Shown here piece after piece: positions 1-12,743 of a stretch of DNA of 64,000 nt. The DNA lies in NCBI GenBank assembly GCA_951406725.2, contig OX597814.1:185690001-185754000 (forward strand). Reading direction: 5' to 3'. Below the pieces are notes generated by a model. It did not search any database and was not told where the DNA came from. It saw only the letters and a list, made by a program, of their open reading frames with translations. The position numbers and the translations under genes are program-made. The DNA comes from Octopus vulgaris (lineage: Eukaryota). Every line of letters begins with the position of its first letter. The first letter of the stretch is position 1.

Positions 1-1136
1 GTACTTATTTTATCAATTGTGAAAGAATGACTCTATGTTATTAACATCTGAAAGGTGAAAGGCAGGATTTGAACTCAGAACCCACAAGGTGTTTTGTCAA
101 GCACTCAGACAATTCAACCTGGCATGAGACCACACACTTTGTAGAGAAAACTGTTGATTAATTCACTGTTTTAACAACAGCCCTTTAAATAATTGTTTCT
201 ACTATAGGAATAAGGTATGAAATTTGGAGAAAGTGCTAAACTATTGCAACAATCCCTGTGTGTGATTGGTACTTATTTTATCAACTGTGAAAGAATAAAA
301 GGCAAAGTTGACTTTAGTTGTATTTGAACTCAGAATGTCAAGCTGGAAGAAATGCTGCTGAGCATTTTGTCCGGTGGGCTAAGGATTCTGCCAGATTTGC
401 CAGCTTTGCTTTTGTTCTAATAAAAATATTTACTATTGATGTAGACTCAAAGCCTGAAATGTGGTGAGAAAAAGGTTAGTCAATAAATCCACTATACAAC
501 TGGGCTGATACTCTATGTTATCGACCTCTGAAGAGTAAAAGGCAGGATTTGAACTCAGAACATTAAGAGCCATAACATATACCACAAGGTATTTTGTCAA
601 GCACTCAAACAATTCAATTTGGTAGAAGACCACATAATTTGTCGAGAAAAACCATTCATTAATTCACTATCTTAACTACAGCCCCTTTTCTAATCCTTTC
701 TACTATAGGAATAAGGCATGAAATTTTTGGGGAAAAGGACTAACCTTTAGCATCAATCCTTGATCTTATGTTATTGGCTCTGAAAAAATAAAAGACAAAA
801 AGTCTACTTTGGTAGCATTCGAACTCAAAACACAAAGCTAGAAGAAATTCTGCTAAGCATTTTGTCTGGTGTGCTAACAACTCTGCCAGCTTGCAGCTTT
901 TGCTCTTTGTTATAATAAGAACATTTGCTTCTGATGTAGATATAAAGCCAAAAATGAGGCAAGGAAGTAGTCAATTAAATTAAACTATACAACTGGACTG
1001 ATACTCAATGTTTATTAACCTCTGAAAGGGGAAAGGCGGGATTTGAATTCAGAATGTAAAGAGCTATAACATTGTATTTTTTCAAGCACTCAAACAATTG
1101 GTATAAGGCCACACATTTAGTAGAGAAAACTGTTCA
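1..1136. repeat. ~2.3 tandem copies of a ~480-495 bp unit built from decayed SINE-B pieces
   Basis: GGC(A/G)GGATTTGAA(C/T)TCAGAA recurs at 61, 541 and ~1036. AAGCACTCA(G/A)ACAATT recurs at ~99, ~599 and ~1084. Confidence 0.75.
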
Positions 1137-1365
1137 TTAACCCTTTCATTACCAATTCGGCTGAAACCGGCTCTGGCTCTGAGTACAAATGTCTTGCTTT
1201 ACATAAGTTTTGAATTAAAATCTTCCACCAAACCATAGTCACAATTCATGTTCCTATCACTAACTGAATGATAACTAAGATATTTTACTAAATTCTTTGT
1301 TTTATTTAAAGTAATTGAAAGAAACACAGAGCATCTCAAAATAAATATAGTAATGAGTGCGTTAA
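1137..1365. mobile_element. piggyBac-like MITE
   Basis: TTAA at both ends. Left TIR CCCTTTCATTAC matches a degenerate right TIR GTAATGAGTGCG. Confidence 0.55.
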
Positions 1366-1384
1366 ATGGTTATGTAGTCCATTC

Positions 1385-1745
1385 ATCAATCATCCTCATC
1401 ATCCTTTAACATCCATTTTCCATGCTGGCATGGGTTGGACAGCTTGACAGGAACTGACAAGGCTAGGGACCACACCTAGTTCCATGGTCTGGATGCCCTT
1501 CCTAATGCCAACCACTTTATACAGTGTACCGGGTGCTTTTTACATAGCACCAGTGCTTTTTATGTGGCACTATCACCATTGTATTTTTAGGTGGCACTGG
1601 CAACCCACCAATACTTTTTACATGGCCCCTTGGTTTTAGGAACTTGTGAAGGGCAGATCTTCTTGCATACAGCAATGCACCACATATCTCAGTTCTATGT
1701 CACCTACTTTGTAAGGCTCAACATTCTGAGATCAACCATTACTTA
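1385..1745 (-). mobile_element. old RTE-clade LINE 3' end fragment
   Basis: CAT-type tail, TTCCATGCTGGCATGGGTTGGAC and GGATGCCCTTCCTAATGCCAACCAC are shared with the 29860-30545 copy. Confidence 0.6.
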
Positions 1746-2485
1746 TTTTTAATGTAAAGTACTGTAAAGTACTAACTGAAATTAGTAAAAAAAGTAGTTG
1801 CATTACAACAATAAAAGGAAGCAAGTTACAACTACCGTGTCCATGATTTGAACCAGAGATCTATAGCTACACTATTTTCATTGTTCATAATTTAATCAAT
1901 GGAAGAGGGAGAGCAGCAGCCATTGTTTCTTTAGGGAGCCTCACAGATGGACAACACTATTGTTGCTTTTATTGTTATTGTTGTTGACTGAGTAGATTTG
2001 ATGAGAGACATTCCAACCATAACCATCATGTCTCTTCCTATGTCCAGAGAACCCAGTATCACATTATCCAACATGTCCTCTCCTAAGACAGTGATGTGTA
2101 ATTTTGAGATACACCTAGCTGCTGTTTCTAGCAGGCTGAGCAATCAGCTACCTAGGGCTTCCTATGGTGCAAGCTTGTGGAACTAAAGAGAGGTTGATTG
2201 TTGCCGTTAATGTTCAAAATTTAACTCACAGAATTTAAAGGGACTTTGCAGTAAAATTTCAAGCGAGATGCATTTTAGTGCAGGACTCGACCATTATTTC
2301 TGCTGGTTAATTCCTTCTTCTCTTTGTCGAGTCCTTTAAGAAAATGGTGAGAAGAAAGAGTCAGAAATGGAAGAAGAGAAAATAATGGAGTGGGGAAGCG
2401 CAGGAAGGAAGAATACGAGCAGGGGACTAATTATAAGAAGATGAAGAAAGCGGAGAGCTACACAGTACAGAAGACGGAAGAAGAG

Positions 2486-2703
2486 ATAGCAGCAGTAGCA
2501 GCAGTAGTAGTGGTGGTGGTGGTGGTGGTGGTGGTGGTTGTAGTAGCAGGATCAGCAGCAGCAGTTGAAGTAGTAGCTGTGGTAGTAATAGTCGCAGCAG
2601 AGTAGTATCCTCACCACCATCACCATCACCATCATCATCATCATCATCATAATCATCATCCTCATCAGTAGTGCTATCAGCAGCTGCAATGGCAGCAGAA
2701 GCA

Positions 2704-2735
<32 letters not shown>

Positions 2736-2893
2736 TGAAGCAGCAGCAGCAGCAGCTGCAGTATTCCCATCATCATCACCGTCATCATCATTGTCACCAC
2801 CACCATCATCACCACCACCACTATCACCATCACCATCACCACCACCACCACCACTACTACCATTATCATCATCATCATCATCAGTAATGCCAT

Positions 2894-2924
<31 letters not shown>

Positions 2925-3045
2925 CCCATCATCATTGTCATTGTCACCACCATCACCACCACCATCACTACCACCATTTCAGTAGCAGCAGCAGCGGCAG
3001 CAGCAGCGGCAGCAGCAGCAGCAACAGCAGCAGCAGAAGTAGTCA
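2486..3045. repeat. compound trinucleotide microsatellite (GCA/GTA/GGT/CAT/CAC)
   Basis: Directly visible. It produces the poly-A/S/P/V/M ORFs in the track. Confidence 0.95.
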
Positions 3046-3707
3046 TCACCCAACCAGTAAATTATCAAGCTCACCCATTTTCGCCCTCGACGACCACCAC
3101 CACCACAGTGAGGGTTCCACACCACCATCCATCCATCCACCTTCACTTCTGGACCACATCATCATCCCCTCTGCCCCTTCACACTCACCCTTACCCTCCA
3201 CATAAGTCTTATTATTTATTATTATTTTTTTTTTTTTTTGGTTTGTTATACCTGAAGTCATTCAAATATAACAAAAAAAAAACCATAAATAAATAAAAAA
3301 AAAAAGATCCTTCAGCTGTTCTTTCTCTCATAAAGTCTTTTCTTTCTGTTAAATCCTTCTGTTGCTCATTCACACATGAACTCATTACAGTCAGCGCTTG
3401 TTCAGACATTTAATTCCATTTTATTTCGTTCCTTCCGAACATTTCTCCGTTCTCTCACTCCTTCACTTAATACGCTCATTAGTGTTGTATTCGTTAATTC
3501 ATCTTATCAATTCTGTTGTTCTGTCATTCTCCAGAAATAACGGCTGCTATATACAGTCTAATGTAGTTGTAGCTAGTAAATTCCTTCCATAATTCCTGCA
3601 TTCCTTTCTTCATTTATTTATTCTTTTATTCATTCATTCGGTCATTCATTAAATTAGTTGGTGCTTAATGCAGTTGTATAGTTTCAGAGAGAGGGGGATA
3701 GAAAGAC

Positions 3708-3739
<32 letters not shown>

Positions 3740-4039
3740 GTGGAGCATAAATAGAGGAAAAGAAAGGAGATAAAGGAAGTGCTGTATGTCTTTAAATTTT
3801 CATTACCATTGTTCCTATATTGTATAGATACAGGTGTAGGTGTGGGGTTATGAAATCTGTTTTGGAACCATGTTGTGTTAGGCTTGATCCTGCTGTGCAA
3901 CACATAGAGCAAGTGGCTTCCACTGTAGCCTTAGGTGGAACAGTTAATTGTAAGTGGAATTCACTGGATAGAACCATCATATACATATGTATGTATGTAT
4001 GTCGATATTCATTTTTATTTCAAGATTTTTTGCCAATAT

Positions 4040-4458
4040 AGACGCAGGAGTGGCTGTGTGGTAAGTAGCTTGCTTACCAACCACATGGTTCCGAGTTCAG
4101 TTTCACTGCGTGGCATCTTGGGCAAGTGTCTTCTACTATAGCCTCGGGCCGACCAAAGCCTTGTGAGTGGATTTGGTACTCGGAAACTGAAAGAAGCGCA
4201 TCGTATATATGTATACATCTATATATATATATGAATGTCTGTGTGTGTGTTTGTGCGTCTGTGTTTGTCCCCCCCAACCAAATCACTTGACAACCGACGC
4301 TGGTGTGTTTACATCCCCGTAGCTTAGTGGTTTGGCAAAAGAGACCGATAGTATAAGTACTAGGCTTACAAAGAATAAGTCCTGGGGTCGATTTGCTCGA
4401 CTAAAGGCAGTGCTCCAGCATGGCTGCAGTCAAATGACTGAAACAAGTAAAAGAGTAT
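4040..4458 (+). mobile_element. tRNA-derived SINE family A, full length
   Basis: A-box TGGCTGTGTGG, B-box GAGTTCAGTTTC, CORE-like CTTGGGCAAGTG, internal (TA)n/(TG)n, and AGTAAAAG tail. More than 15 copies or fragments lie in this window. Confidence 0.9.
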
Positions 4459-4599
4459 AGCACGATCAGAATTAACTTGAATCTGCACAGCAAGAAACTC
4501 CAGTGATTTGACATCAGCGTAGCATCTTTAATCTGACTGTCCACAAGTCCTCTGCCCCACCACCACAAACCTAATTTCACCAAATGCAATGATTTCTGA

Positions 4600-4665
4600 A
4601 ATCATTTCAGCAAAGCCATTGACCACATCTGGCATGAGATTCTACTAGCTAAAAGCTGTCCATCT
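4600..4665 (+). mobile_element. possible decayed LINE RT fragment
   Basis: Translates FSKAIDHIWHEILLAK, resembling the RT motif D.SKAFD.VWH..LL.KL. Confidence 0.3.
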
Positions 4666-4751
4666 ATAAAGAAGAATCTTTATCTCTTGACCGGAAAGAA
4701 TATTTTTAACCCATATTCTATCAATTGTCCTGTTGTTATTATTATTATTAT

Positions 4752-4986
4752 CTTTTTTTCTTCTTCTTTCAAATTTGCTTCCATTTCTTGCCGAGTGTCT
4801 TCCTGACTCCTAGGGCAAAGAAACTCATAGTATACATTGGTAGGCCAATGTAGTTCATTTTTTTCGTTCATTTTTTTTTTTTTAAAGTTAAATTAAAATA
4901 CATGGGTAGTAATAGTTCTCACATCGACAATGCTCTTCTCAATACATGTGATGTACCAGTTAAGACAATTTTTTGCACTTCTTGCA
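4752..4986 (-). mobile_element. 5'-truncated R4/Dong-type LINE (ORF end plus 3' UTR)
   Basis: Closely matches 61518-61760 (LQEVQKIVLTGTSHVLRRALSM* plus UTR). (ATT)n flanks both sides. Confidence 0.85.
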
Positions 4987-5042
<56 letters not shown>

Positions 5043-5451
5043 TGGTTGAGTTATGTCATCATACAACACCGTTTTTCTACATTGACGACCTGCTTGCTTT
5101 TCATTCTAACAATCCATTATTTATTCTGCTCTGCAGATAATAAATACCACCCTTCAATCTTCAATAACCATTTTGCACACGCAGGCATCAGGCACACAAA
5201 CCTTAAATGCCTCAAGCTAAACATGTGCTCAAATCATGTTAGACATAAACTACTTCTGATATCAATGACCTCGAAAATATTACATTTTAAAGCTGTTCAA
5301 AAGCAACAAGGCACATGTCATTCATATTCCTTAAATAACAGAGCCATAAGACTTGAAATTGTTATAAATGCTAGGCCGGTGATCTTTTCTGGTGGTCATT
5401 CATTTATAACAGGTTCAGATATAGAAGTGTAGCAAAGAAGTTTGTTGCAAT

Positions 5452-5833
5452 TATAAGGGGGTGCCTAAACATTCCTGGCTTTTGGGTAAAAGAAAATACA
5501 GAAGGCTCAGTTAATTATGATTTTATTCAAGATGTTCCCTCCTCAGGTTAACACACATATTTATTCCTATATTGCCCACAGGGGAACAAACAAGGACAGA
5601 CAAACGAATTAAGTCGATTACAGCGACCCCAGTGCGTAACTGGTACTTAATTTATCGACCCTGAAAGGATGAAAGGCAAAGTCGACCTCGGCGGAATTTG
5701 AACTCAGAACGTAATGGCAGACGAAATACGGCTACGCATTTCGCCCGGCATGCTAATGTTTCTGCCAGCTGCCAGCACACACATATTGCAGTGGTCCTTC
5801 AGTTTTTCTAAGCCCTGTAAAAGAACTTGGAAG
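5452..5833 (-). mobile_element. mariner 3' end remnant interrupted by a SINE
   Basis: After removing the SINE it reads FLQGLEKLKDHCNMCVNLRREHLE*, like a mariner C-terminus. TIR-like TATAAGGGGGTGCCTAAACATTCC at the end. Confidence 0.6.
5562..5776 (-). mobile_element. tRNA-derived SINE family B with TSD
   Basis: B-box GAGTTCAAATTCC and central GCCTTTCATCCTTTC..GGTCGATAAATTAAGTACCAG (resembles the MetaSINE domain as recalled). TSD ACACACATATT at 5551 and 5777. Confidence 0.85.
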
Positions 5834-5939
5834 TGAAAGCACATGGCATAGTGGTTAGGGTATTTCATTCACGATCATAAGGTTGTGAGTTCAATTCCTG
5901 GTGAAGCGTTGTATCCTTGAGCAAGACCCTTTATTTCAT

Positions 5940-6293
5940 GACCTTGGCAGAATTTGAACTCAAAACGTAGTGGCAGATGAAATACTACTAAACATTTCGC
6001 CCAGCATGCTAAAAATTCTACCAGCTTGCTGTCTGACCATCCTTTTAAATAATGATAAACGTTATTATAATATTAAATGATAATGGTTTCAAATTTTTTG
6101 CACAAGGCCAGTAATTTCGGAGCAGTGGGGTTGAGTTGACTGCATCAACCCCCTCAGTGCTCAACTAGCACTTATCTCATCAACCACAAAAGAATGAAAG
6201 TCGACCTGGCAGAATTTGAACTCAGAACATAAAGACGGGCGAAATGCCACTAAACATTTTGCCTGGGGTGCTAATGATTCTGCCAGCTTGCCA
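5940..6293 (-). mobile_element. SINE-B fragments (two)
   Basis: GACCT(T)GGCAGAATTTGAACTCA..GAAAT..CTAAACATTT.GCC occurs twice. Confidence 0.7.
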
Positions 6294-6974
6294 ATAGCAA
6301 TGAGATACAACGAAAATGAAGATGATGACAATGATGATGATGATGATGATAATGATGATGATGATTATGACAGTGGGATCAGCTGCTATGACAATAGCAA
6401 TGGTGGTAATGGTGGTGGTAATAGTGGTTGCAGCAACAGCGATGGAGATGGCAGCAGTGATAGTGGTGCTAGTGTGGTAGTGATGGTGATGGTGGTGGTG
6501 GTATGGAGAGAGTGGGGACGATGATGATGATGATGATGATGATGATGATAAAAGCAGTTGTTGTGGCAGTGGCAATGGTGGTGATAGGGGTGTGCAGAGT
6601 ATGGTGATGATAGTGATTATCCTAAGGATGGTTATGGGGTGGTGTATGTGTGCATGTTTGTTTGTGTGTGTGTGTAAGGGAATCGACAGAGCCAGCCAGT
6701 GTAGTTGTAAACAGATGATTTATGATAGCTAAAGCTAAAGGTAAGGCCAAGAGACCCGACCCCGCTCACCTACACCCACCTCCCACTTAGGAAGCATTAG
6801 AGATTGTTAAACACTTTACATAAGTCAACTTGCCTCCACCCCAGTCCTGACAACTTACCCTGCCATCATCATCATCATCATCATTATCATCATCGTCGTC
6901 GTCATCATATTGTTATCATTATTATTATCATTATTATCATTGTTATTATTATCATTGTTATTGTTATTGTTCAG

Positions 6975-7161
6975 GCAAAATGTTTCAGGGTGGGGTGGCA
7001 TTTCATCCATCTTTACGTTCTGAGTTCAAATTCTGTCGAGATTGACTTTGCTTTTCATCCTTTTGGGCTCAATAAAATAAGTATTGGTTGAACACTAGGA
7101 GTCAATGTAATCAACTTACCTTCTCCCCTAAATTGCTAGCCCCCCCGTCCCAAAATTATTA

Positions 7162-7219
<58 letters not shown>

Positions 7220-7560
7220 CATAAGGTGGTGAGCTGGCAGAATTGTTAGCCTGCTGGATGAAAATGCTTAGCGGTATTTCACCCATCGCTACGTACTGAT
7301 TTCAAATTCCGCCAAGGTCGACTTTGCCTTTCATCCTTTTGGGGGTCAATAAAATAAGTACCAGTTGCATACTGGAGTTGAGGTAATCAGTTATTTTCCC
7401 TCACCAAAATTCCAGGCCATCTGCTTTCAGTAGAAAGGATTCTTCGCTTTCATCCTTTCTGGGTCAATAAATTAAGTACCAGTGAAATACTGGGGTCAAT
7501 GTAATTGACTAGTTACCTCCCACCAAATTTCAGGCCTTGTGCCCATAGTAGAAAGGATTA
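6975..7560 (+). mobile_element. cluster of three SINE-B copies or fragments separated by (ATT)n
   Basis: GACTTTGC(C/T)TTTCATCCTTT..GGGTCAATAAA..AAGTA recurs. Confidence 0.75.
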
Positions 7561-7566
7561 TTTTTA

Positions 7567-7640
<74 letters not shown>

Positions 7641-8109
7641 GAGTGAGAGAGCAGTGCATGCCATCAAAGTGACACTGGGGTAAAATATACGAAGCCCAGT
7701 ACACCCATCATGACTACCCGTCTGATAAGGGTATACCAGCCACATGCGTCACAACCATATGTGCACGAGATGGTGATCTCATATCAAGATAAACAGCACA
7801 TGACCTTGCAGGTGGGGCCCAGTTAGAATTTTCTTCAGGTCGAGTAACCCATCCCGCTCAAAAGGTTCCTGAATAAGGGTTGTTCAAGGATGTTGAACGA
7901 AACAACTATGTTTCCAGAGGTGAATTATCCAAACCTCCAAGAATTCCTTTCAACACATGGTTATGATGCTCCCCCACAAATCCTGCTCTTGAACAGAGAT
8001 GCACATATTGTCAGCCACTAAGGGACATGCTCAACTGGTTAAGGTCGAGCAACTGACAAGCAAATCTGTGGTATCGAGCAGAATATTTGCTGTAGCCCAT
8101 CTTTTATAT
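7641..8109 (-). mobile_element. unclassified interspersed repeat abutting (AAT)n
   Basis: A second copy at 46628-46848 starts at the same base next to (ATT)n. Strand is inferred from the presumed tail. Confidence 0.7.
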
Positions 8110-8330
8110 CCTCCTCCAGCTCTTATTTTTTCTTCATGTTTTTCTTTCACCTCTTCCCTCCAGACCCCCATTCTTATATTCTGGTGGCGCTAATCCCTCT
8201 TTATGATTATAATTGCAGTATATTGCCATATAGTTTTTTCTTAGTTAACAGAGAATAATCTGGTGGTGTGCACATGTGTGTGTGTGTGTGTGTGCATGTG
8301 TCTGCATGTATGTGTGTGTATGTGGGGCAT

Positions 8331-8513
8331 GTATATACACACAAGCACTACACACAGAAATATGAGAATATGTGTGTATGGAGGTGTATATAAAGACAAG
8401 CACCACACGCACACATATAAGCATACATGTGTGTCTGTGTGTGTGTGTGTATAAACTCACACACATATATATATATACATGTATATATATGTATATATAC
8501 ATGTATATATATG

Positions 8514-8564
<51 letters not shown>

Positions 8565-8787
8565 GTATATGCATATATGTGTATATATATATTAATAGTT
8601 ATTGCCAAGCTAATATGTATATATACAAGCACTACACACAGAAATATGAGCATATGTGTGTATGGGGGTGTATATAAAGACAAGCACCATACACACAAAT
8701 ATAAGCATACATGTGTGTCTGTGTGTGTCTGTGTATAAACTCACACACACATATATATATATATATATATACATGTATATATATGTA

Positions 8788-8829
<42 letters not shown>

Positions 8830-8850
8830 TATGAATATATATGTATGTGC
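8331..8850. repeat. ~285-bp tandem duplication inside TA/TG microsatellite
   Basis: ACAAGCACTACACACAGAAATATGAG..AAAGACAAGCACCA..ATAAACTCAC occurs at ~8341 and ~8625. Confidence 0.85.
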
Positions 8851-9009
8851 ATTTATATATGTGTGTGTATGTATGTGTATATATGTGTAAGTGTGTATAA
8901 ATGTGCGTGCACAAATGTGTGTGTATGTGTGTGCGTACATGCGTGCACGCATGCATGATAGAGCATATATGATGTACGCACATTCTAGTACACATATCCA
9001 GTACCTCTT

Positions 9010-9250
9010 TATGTCTTGAAAGACCATAGGGCTGTACCTGGAAAACCCATCTTCGAAGAGCCGGCTCCAGTGAGCTATTATTTTAATGAAGACCCGTAGT
9101 CAACCATGCATGAAACTCTTCTCTCCTCAACAGTATCGAAGCTGTCCAAAGGCAAAGCAACAGCTGATACAACTTGGTACCAGTTTCATTGCAGGCAATG
9201 GCGTCAGAATTGCAAAGAACCAGAACAGATATTGCAAGACATCCGGCCTC
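9010..9250 (-). mobile_element. decayed repeat homologous to the body of the SINE at 51515-51850
   Basis: Shares CTGGT(A/G)CCAAG(T/C)TGTATCAG..TTGGACA..ATGCATGG..CCTATGGT with 51655-51845. Confidence 0.5.
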
Positions 9251-9256
9251 TCTCTA

Positions 9257-9289
<33 letters not shown>

Positions 9290-9458
9290 ATGCTATCCTC
9301 ATCCTCAGCGTCATTATTTAACATGAGTTTTCCATACTGGCATGGGTTGGCTGGTTCCACAGGAACTGGCGAGTCTGAAAACTGCACCGGTCTATGCTGT
9401 CTGCTCTGCTCTGACATGGTTTCTTTGACTGGATACTTTTCCTAACGGTATATATATG

Positions 9459-9492
<34 letters not shown>

Positions 9493-9879
9493 TACGCACA
9501 CATATGCACACATACTTATATATATGAGAGAGAGAGAGGGGTGGAGAGTGAGAGAAAGAAAGGGAGACAGACAGATACAGATACAGATGAATGGATGGAT
9601 GGATGGACACTCACACACACACATCCATATATTTAGAGTGAGAGAGAGAGAAAGAAAGAGAGAGAGACAGAGAGAGAGAAAGAAAGAAAGTCAGAGAGAG
9701 AGAGAAAGAGAGACAGACAGACTGACAGACAGGTAGAGAGATACATACATACACACATACATAGACAGATAGTAAGTTAGATCGATTGACAGAAAGACAG
9801 ACAGACAGATACACAGACAGTCAGACAGCTTGACAGATACATAGATAGACAGACTGACAGGCAGACAGACAGATAGATA

Positions 9880-10185
<306 letters not shown>

Positions 10186-10869
10186 GTGAACAGATGTGCA
10201 AATATAAAAGATATTGGGCATGCGTCTGTTGATATTTAAATACATCTATTCATACATACATGCCTCCATGCATCAAACCATTCTGCATACATTAAGCATG
10301 CATTTTTCTCTGCTTCCACTCTGCCACATTCAAATACCACATTCGTAAATACAAATGCACATTTAATGAAGGCCATATTTTGCATCCATTCAGTGAGACA
10401 AATGCTTCCTCAATAGCTTACCTGGACCGTTTTTTTTTTACACGTGAACAGGCATGAGCGACAAGGGAGCTTCTATTGGGTTGCTCAAATTGCTAGAAAT
10501 GGCAGCTATAAACTCACTTAAATTACAACCAACTCCATACTCATGCATTGACTTAGACACACATACCTGTCACGTACACAAGCATACACACATATATATG
10601 CATACACGCACACACACACGCACACACACACGCACACACACACGCACACACACACGCACACACACACGCACACACACACGCACACACACACGCACACACA
10701 CACGCACACACACACGCACATGCACAGGTATGCCTGCGTTATTAAGAAGGCCATTGTGTAATCATTTGGGTTTTGGTTCAGTAATACTGTATGGCACACT
10801 CGGTGCCTGGTGAATGAATTTGGCAGATAGAGACTGTGATGAAGCCTACTGTGTATTCTTTCATTCTTT

Positions 10870-11075
10870 CATTCTTTTACTTGTTTCAGTCATTTGAATG
10901 CAGCCATGCTGGAGCACTGCTTTGAATGGCTTTAGTCGAACAAATCGACCCCAGGACTTATTTCTTAAACCTAGTACTTATTTTATTGGTCTCTTTTGCT
11001 GAACTGCAAAGTTACAGGGAAGTAAACACACCAACGTGGAGGGACAAACACAGACACAAAGATATATATATATAA
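10870..11075 (-). mobile_element. SINE-A 3' half
   Basis: TTTTACTTGTTTCAGTCATTTG..CCATGCTGGAGCAC..ATCGACCCCAGGACTTA. Confidence 0.8.
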
Positions 11076-11463
11076 AACGACCAACAGTCACTGCTACTAC
11101 TGCTATTTCGGCCACTGGTCATTTTCATACTTACAGCCAACGAATCTAGTCAATGCACAAGACAGCCATTATGCTCCCCCCCCCCCAACAAAACACCACC
11201 ACGTGGACTCTATTGAGACTAGTAAGAAACAATTACGAACTTTTTTATTACACTTAACTTTTAAAAATATTTTTCATAAGGTTTGTTTTTTCAAGAAGAA
11301 CCGAAACATGTAAAATCTTTAAGAAAATTAAAATTTAGCTTATATAGTGGCGTTTTCAAACTTCTTTTTTATAAATATATATTTGTATATATAATTAGTT
11401 TTTTCGTAATGAGATAAAAAAAAAACCAAGGCTGAGTAGATTTTAGAACATTTATAGATAGAA

Positions 11464-11512
11464 GGTCTTACAGCTGTTTCCAGGATATTTATTATATCCC
11501 TTCATCAGAGAG
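11464..11512 (-). ncRNA. minimal type I hammerhead ribozyme motif (Penelope-like)
   Basis: Minus strand reads ctct-CTGATGA-a-GGGATAT aataa ATATCCT-g-GAAA-CAGCTG-TA-aga. Core boxes are intact, stem II has 7 bp, stem III is palindromic, and the triplet is GUA. Confidence 0.7.
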
Positions 11513-12017
11513 GGTGTGAGAGGATGGTTAAGTAATAGTTAATTTAGATTAGATACAAAATAGAGAGTGAAGTGGAGGAAAGAAAATAAATGTGAGATAT
11601 GTAGGAATATTGTATTTGTAGATCCATTTTTTTTTTTAGGCAGAATTGTATACATATAAGATTCCAATACCTTATGAGTAAAATCCAATAGTATTTAAAA
11701 TTGGTCATTCCAAGTATAGAGTTTATGCACAGTGCTATTGAATCAAGGATTTTATTTAAAGTGACCTAAAAATAGGGAGTGTATAAGTAGGGTCAAATCG
11801 AAAACAGGAAGAGAGGAATAAAGAAAGAGAAAAAGAAAAGAAAAAAAGAAAGGGCAAAAGAAGAGAAAAAGAAAGAGAAAGAAGAGGGATATAATATCCA
11901 GGCAGATACCAGATTTCTCTGAATAAAATGCCATGGCTAGTTACTTCAGATTGTGCATTCTTATAGTTCCCATTCGATGTTACAGTTTATTTCTTGGCTA
12001 TTTAGAGTATAAAGTAC

Positions 12018-12209
12018 AATATTAATAATAAGGAGAATGAAGAATTTGAACATTCAAACTTTATGTTTATTTCCAGTTAGTTTATCCATAATAATTATCT
12101 GACATGGATTTCGGTCGCATTAAACACGTGTCGGACAATTATTATGAATAAACTAACTGGAAATAAAGAGAAAGTTTGAATGTTCAAATTTTCCATTCTC
12201 CATATAATC

Positions 12210-12215
<6 letters not shown>
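12018..12215. repeat. imperfect fold-back inverted repeat, ~88-bp arms
   Basis: GGAGAATG..AATTTGAACATTCAAACTTT..TTTATTTCCAGTTAGTTTAT pairs with 12126-12215. Confidence 0.9.
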
Positions 12216-12259
<44 letters not shown>

Positions 12260-12262
<3 letters not shown>

Positions 12263-12702
12263 AATCAAATTCATTGACTGGAATCCGTGTTAGTGGAGCG
12301 CTAAGAGCACCATCCGAGCGTGATCGTTGCCAGAGCACCTGACTGGCTTCCATGCCGGTGGCACATAAAAAGCACCATTCGAGCGTGATCGTTACCAGTG
12401 TCACCTTACTGGCACGTGAAAAAACAGATGAATGAGATCGTTGTCAGTGCCGCTGGTCTGGTTCCTCTGTAGGTGGCATGTAAAAAACACCATTTGAGCA
12501 TGGCCGTTGCCAGTACTGCCAGTGGCACGTAAAAGCAACCACTACAGTCTCAGAGTGGTTGGCGTTAGGAAGGACATCAAGCTATAGAAACTCTGCCTAA
12601 TCAGATTGGAGCCTGGTGCAGCCATCTAGTTCGCCAGTCCACACTCAAATCATCCAACCCATGCTAGCATGGAAAGCAGACGTTAAAACAATGATGATGA
12701 TG
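12260..12702 (+). mobile_element. RTE-clade LINE 3' UTR with internal repeat array and (GAT)n tail
   Basis: Recurrent GGCAC(G/A)TAAAAAGCACC units, then GGTTGGCGTTAGGAAGG..CCAACCCATGCTAGCATGGAAAG..GATGATG. Confidence 0.8.
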
Positions 12703-12704
12703 AT

Positions 12705-12743
<39 letters not shown>

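Noticed and set aside
5078-5098. YIDDLLA, an RT catalytic-like motif
   Set aside because: Too short, and I could not trace flanking RT motifs in frame.
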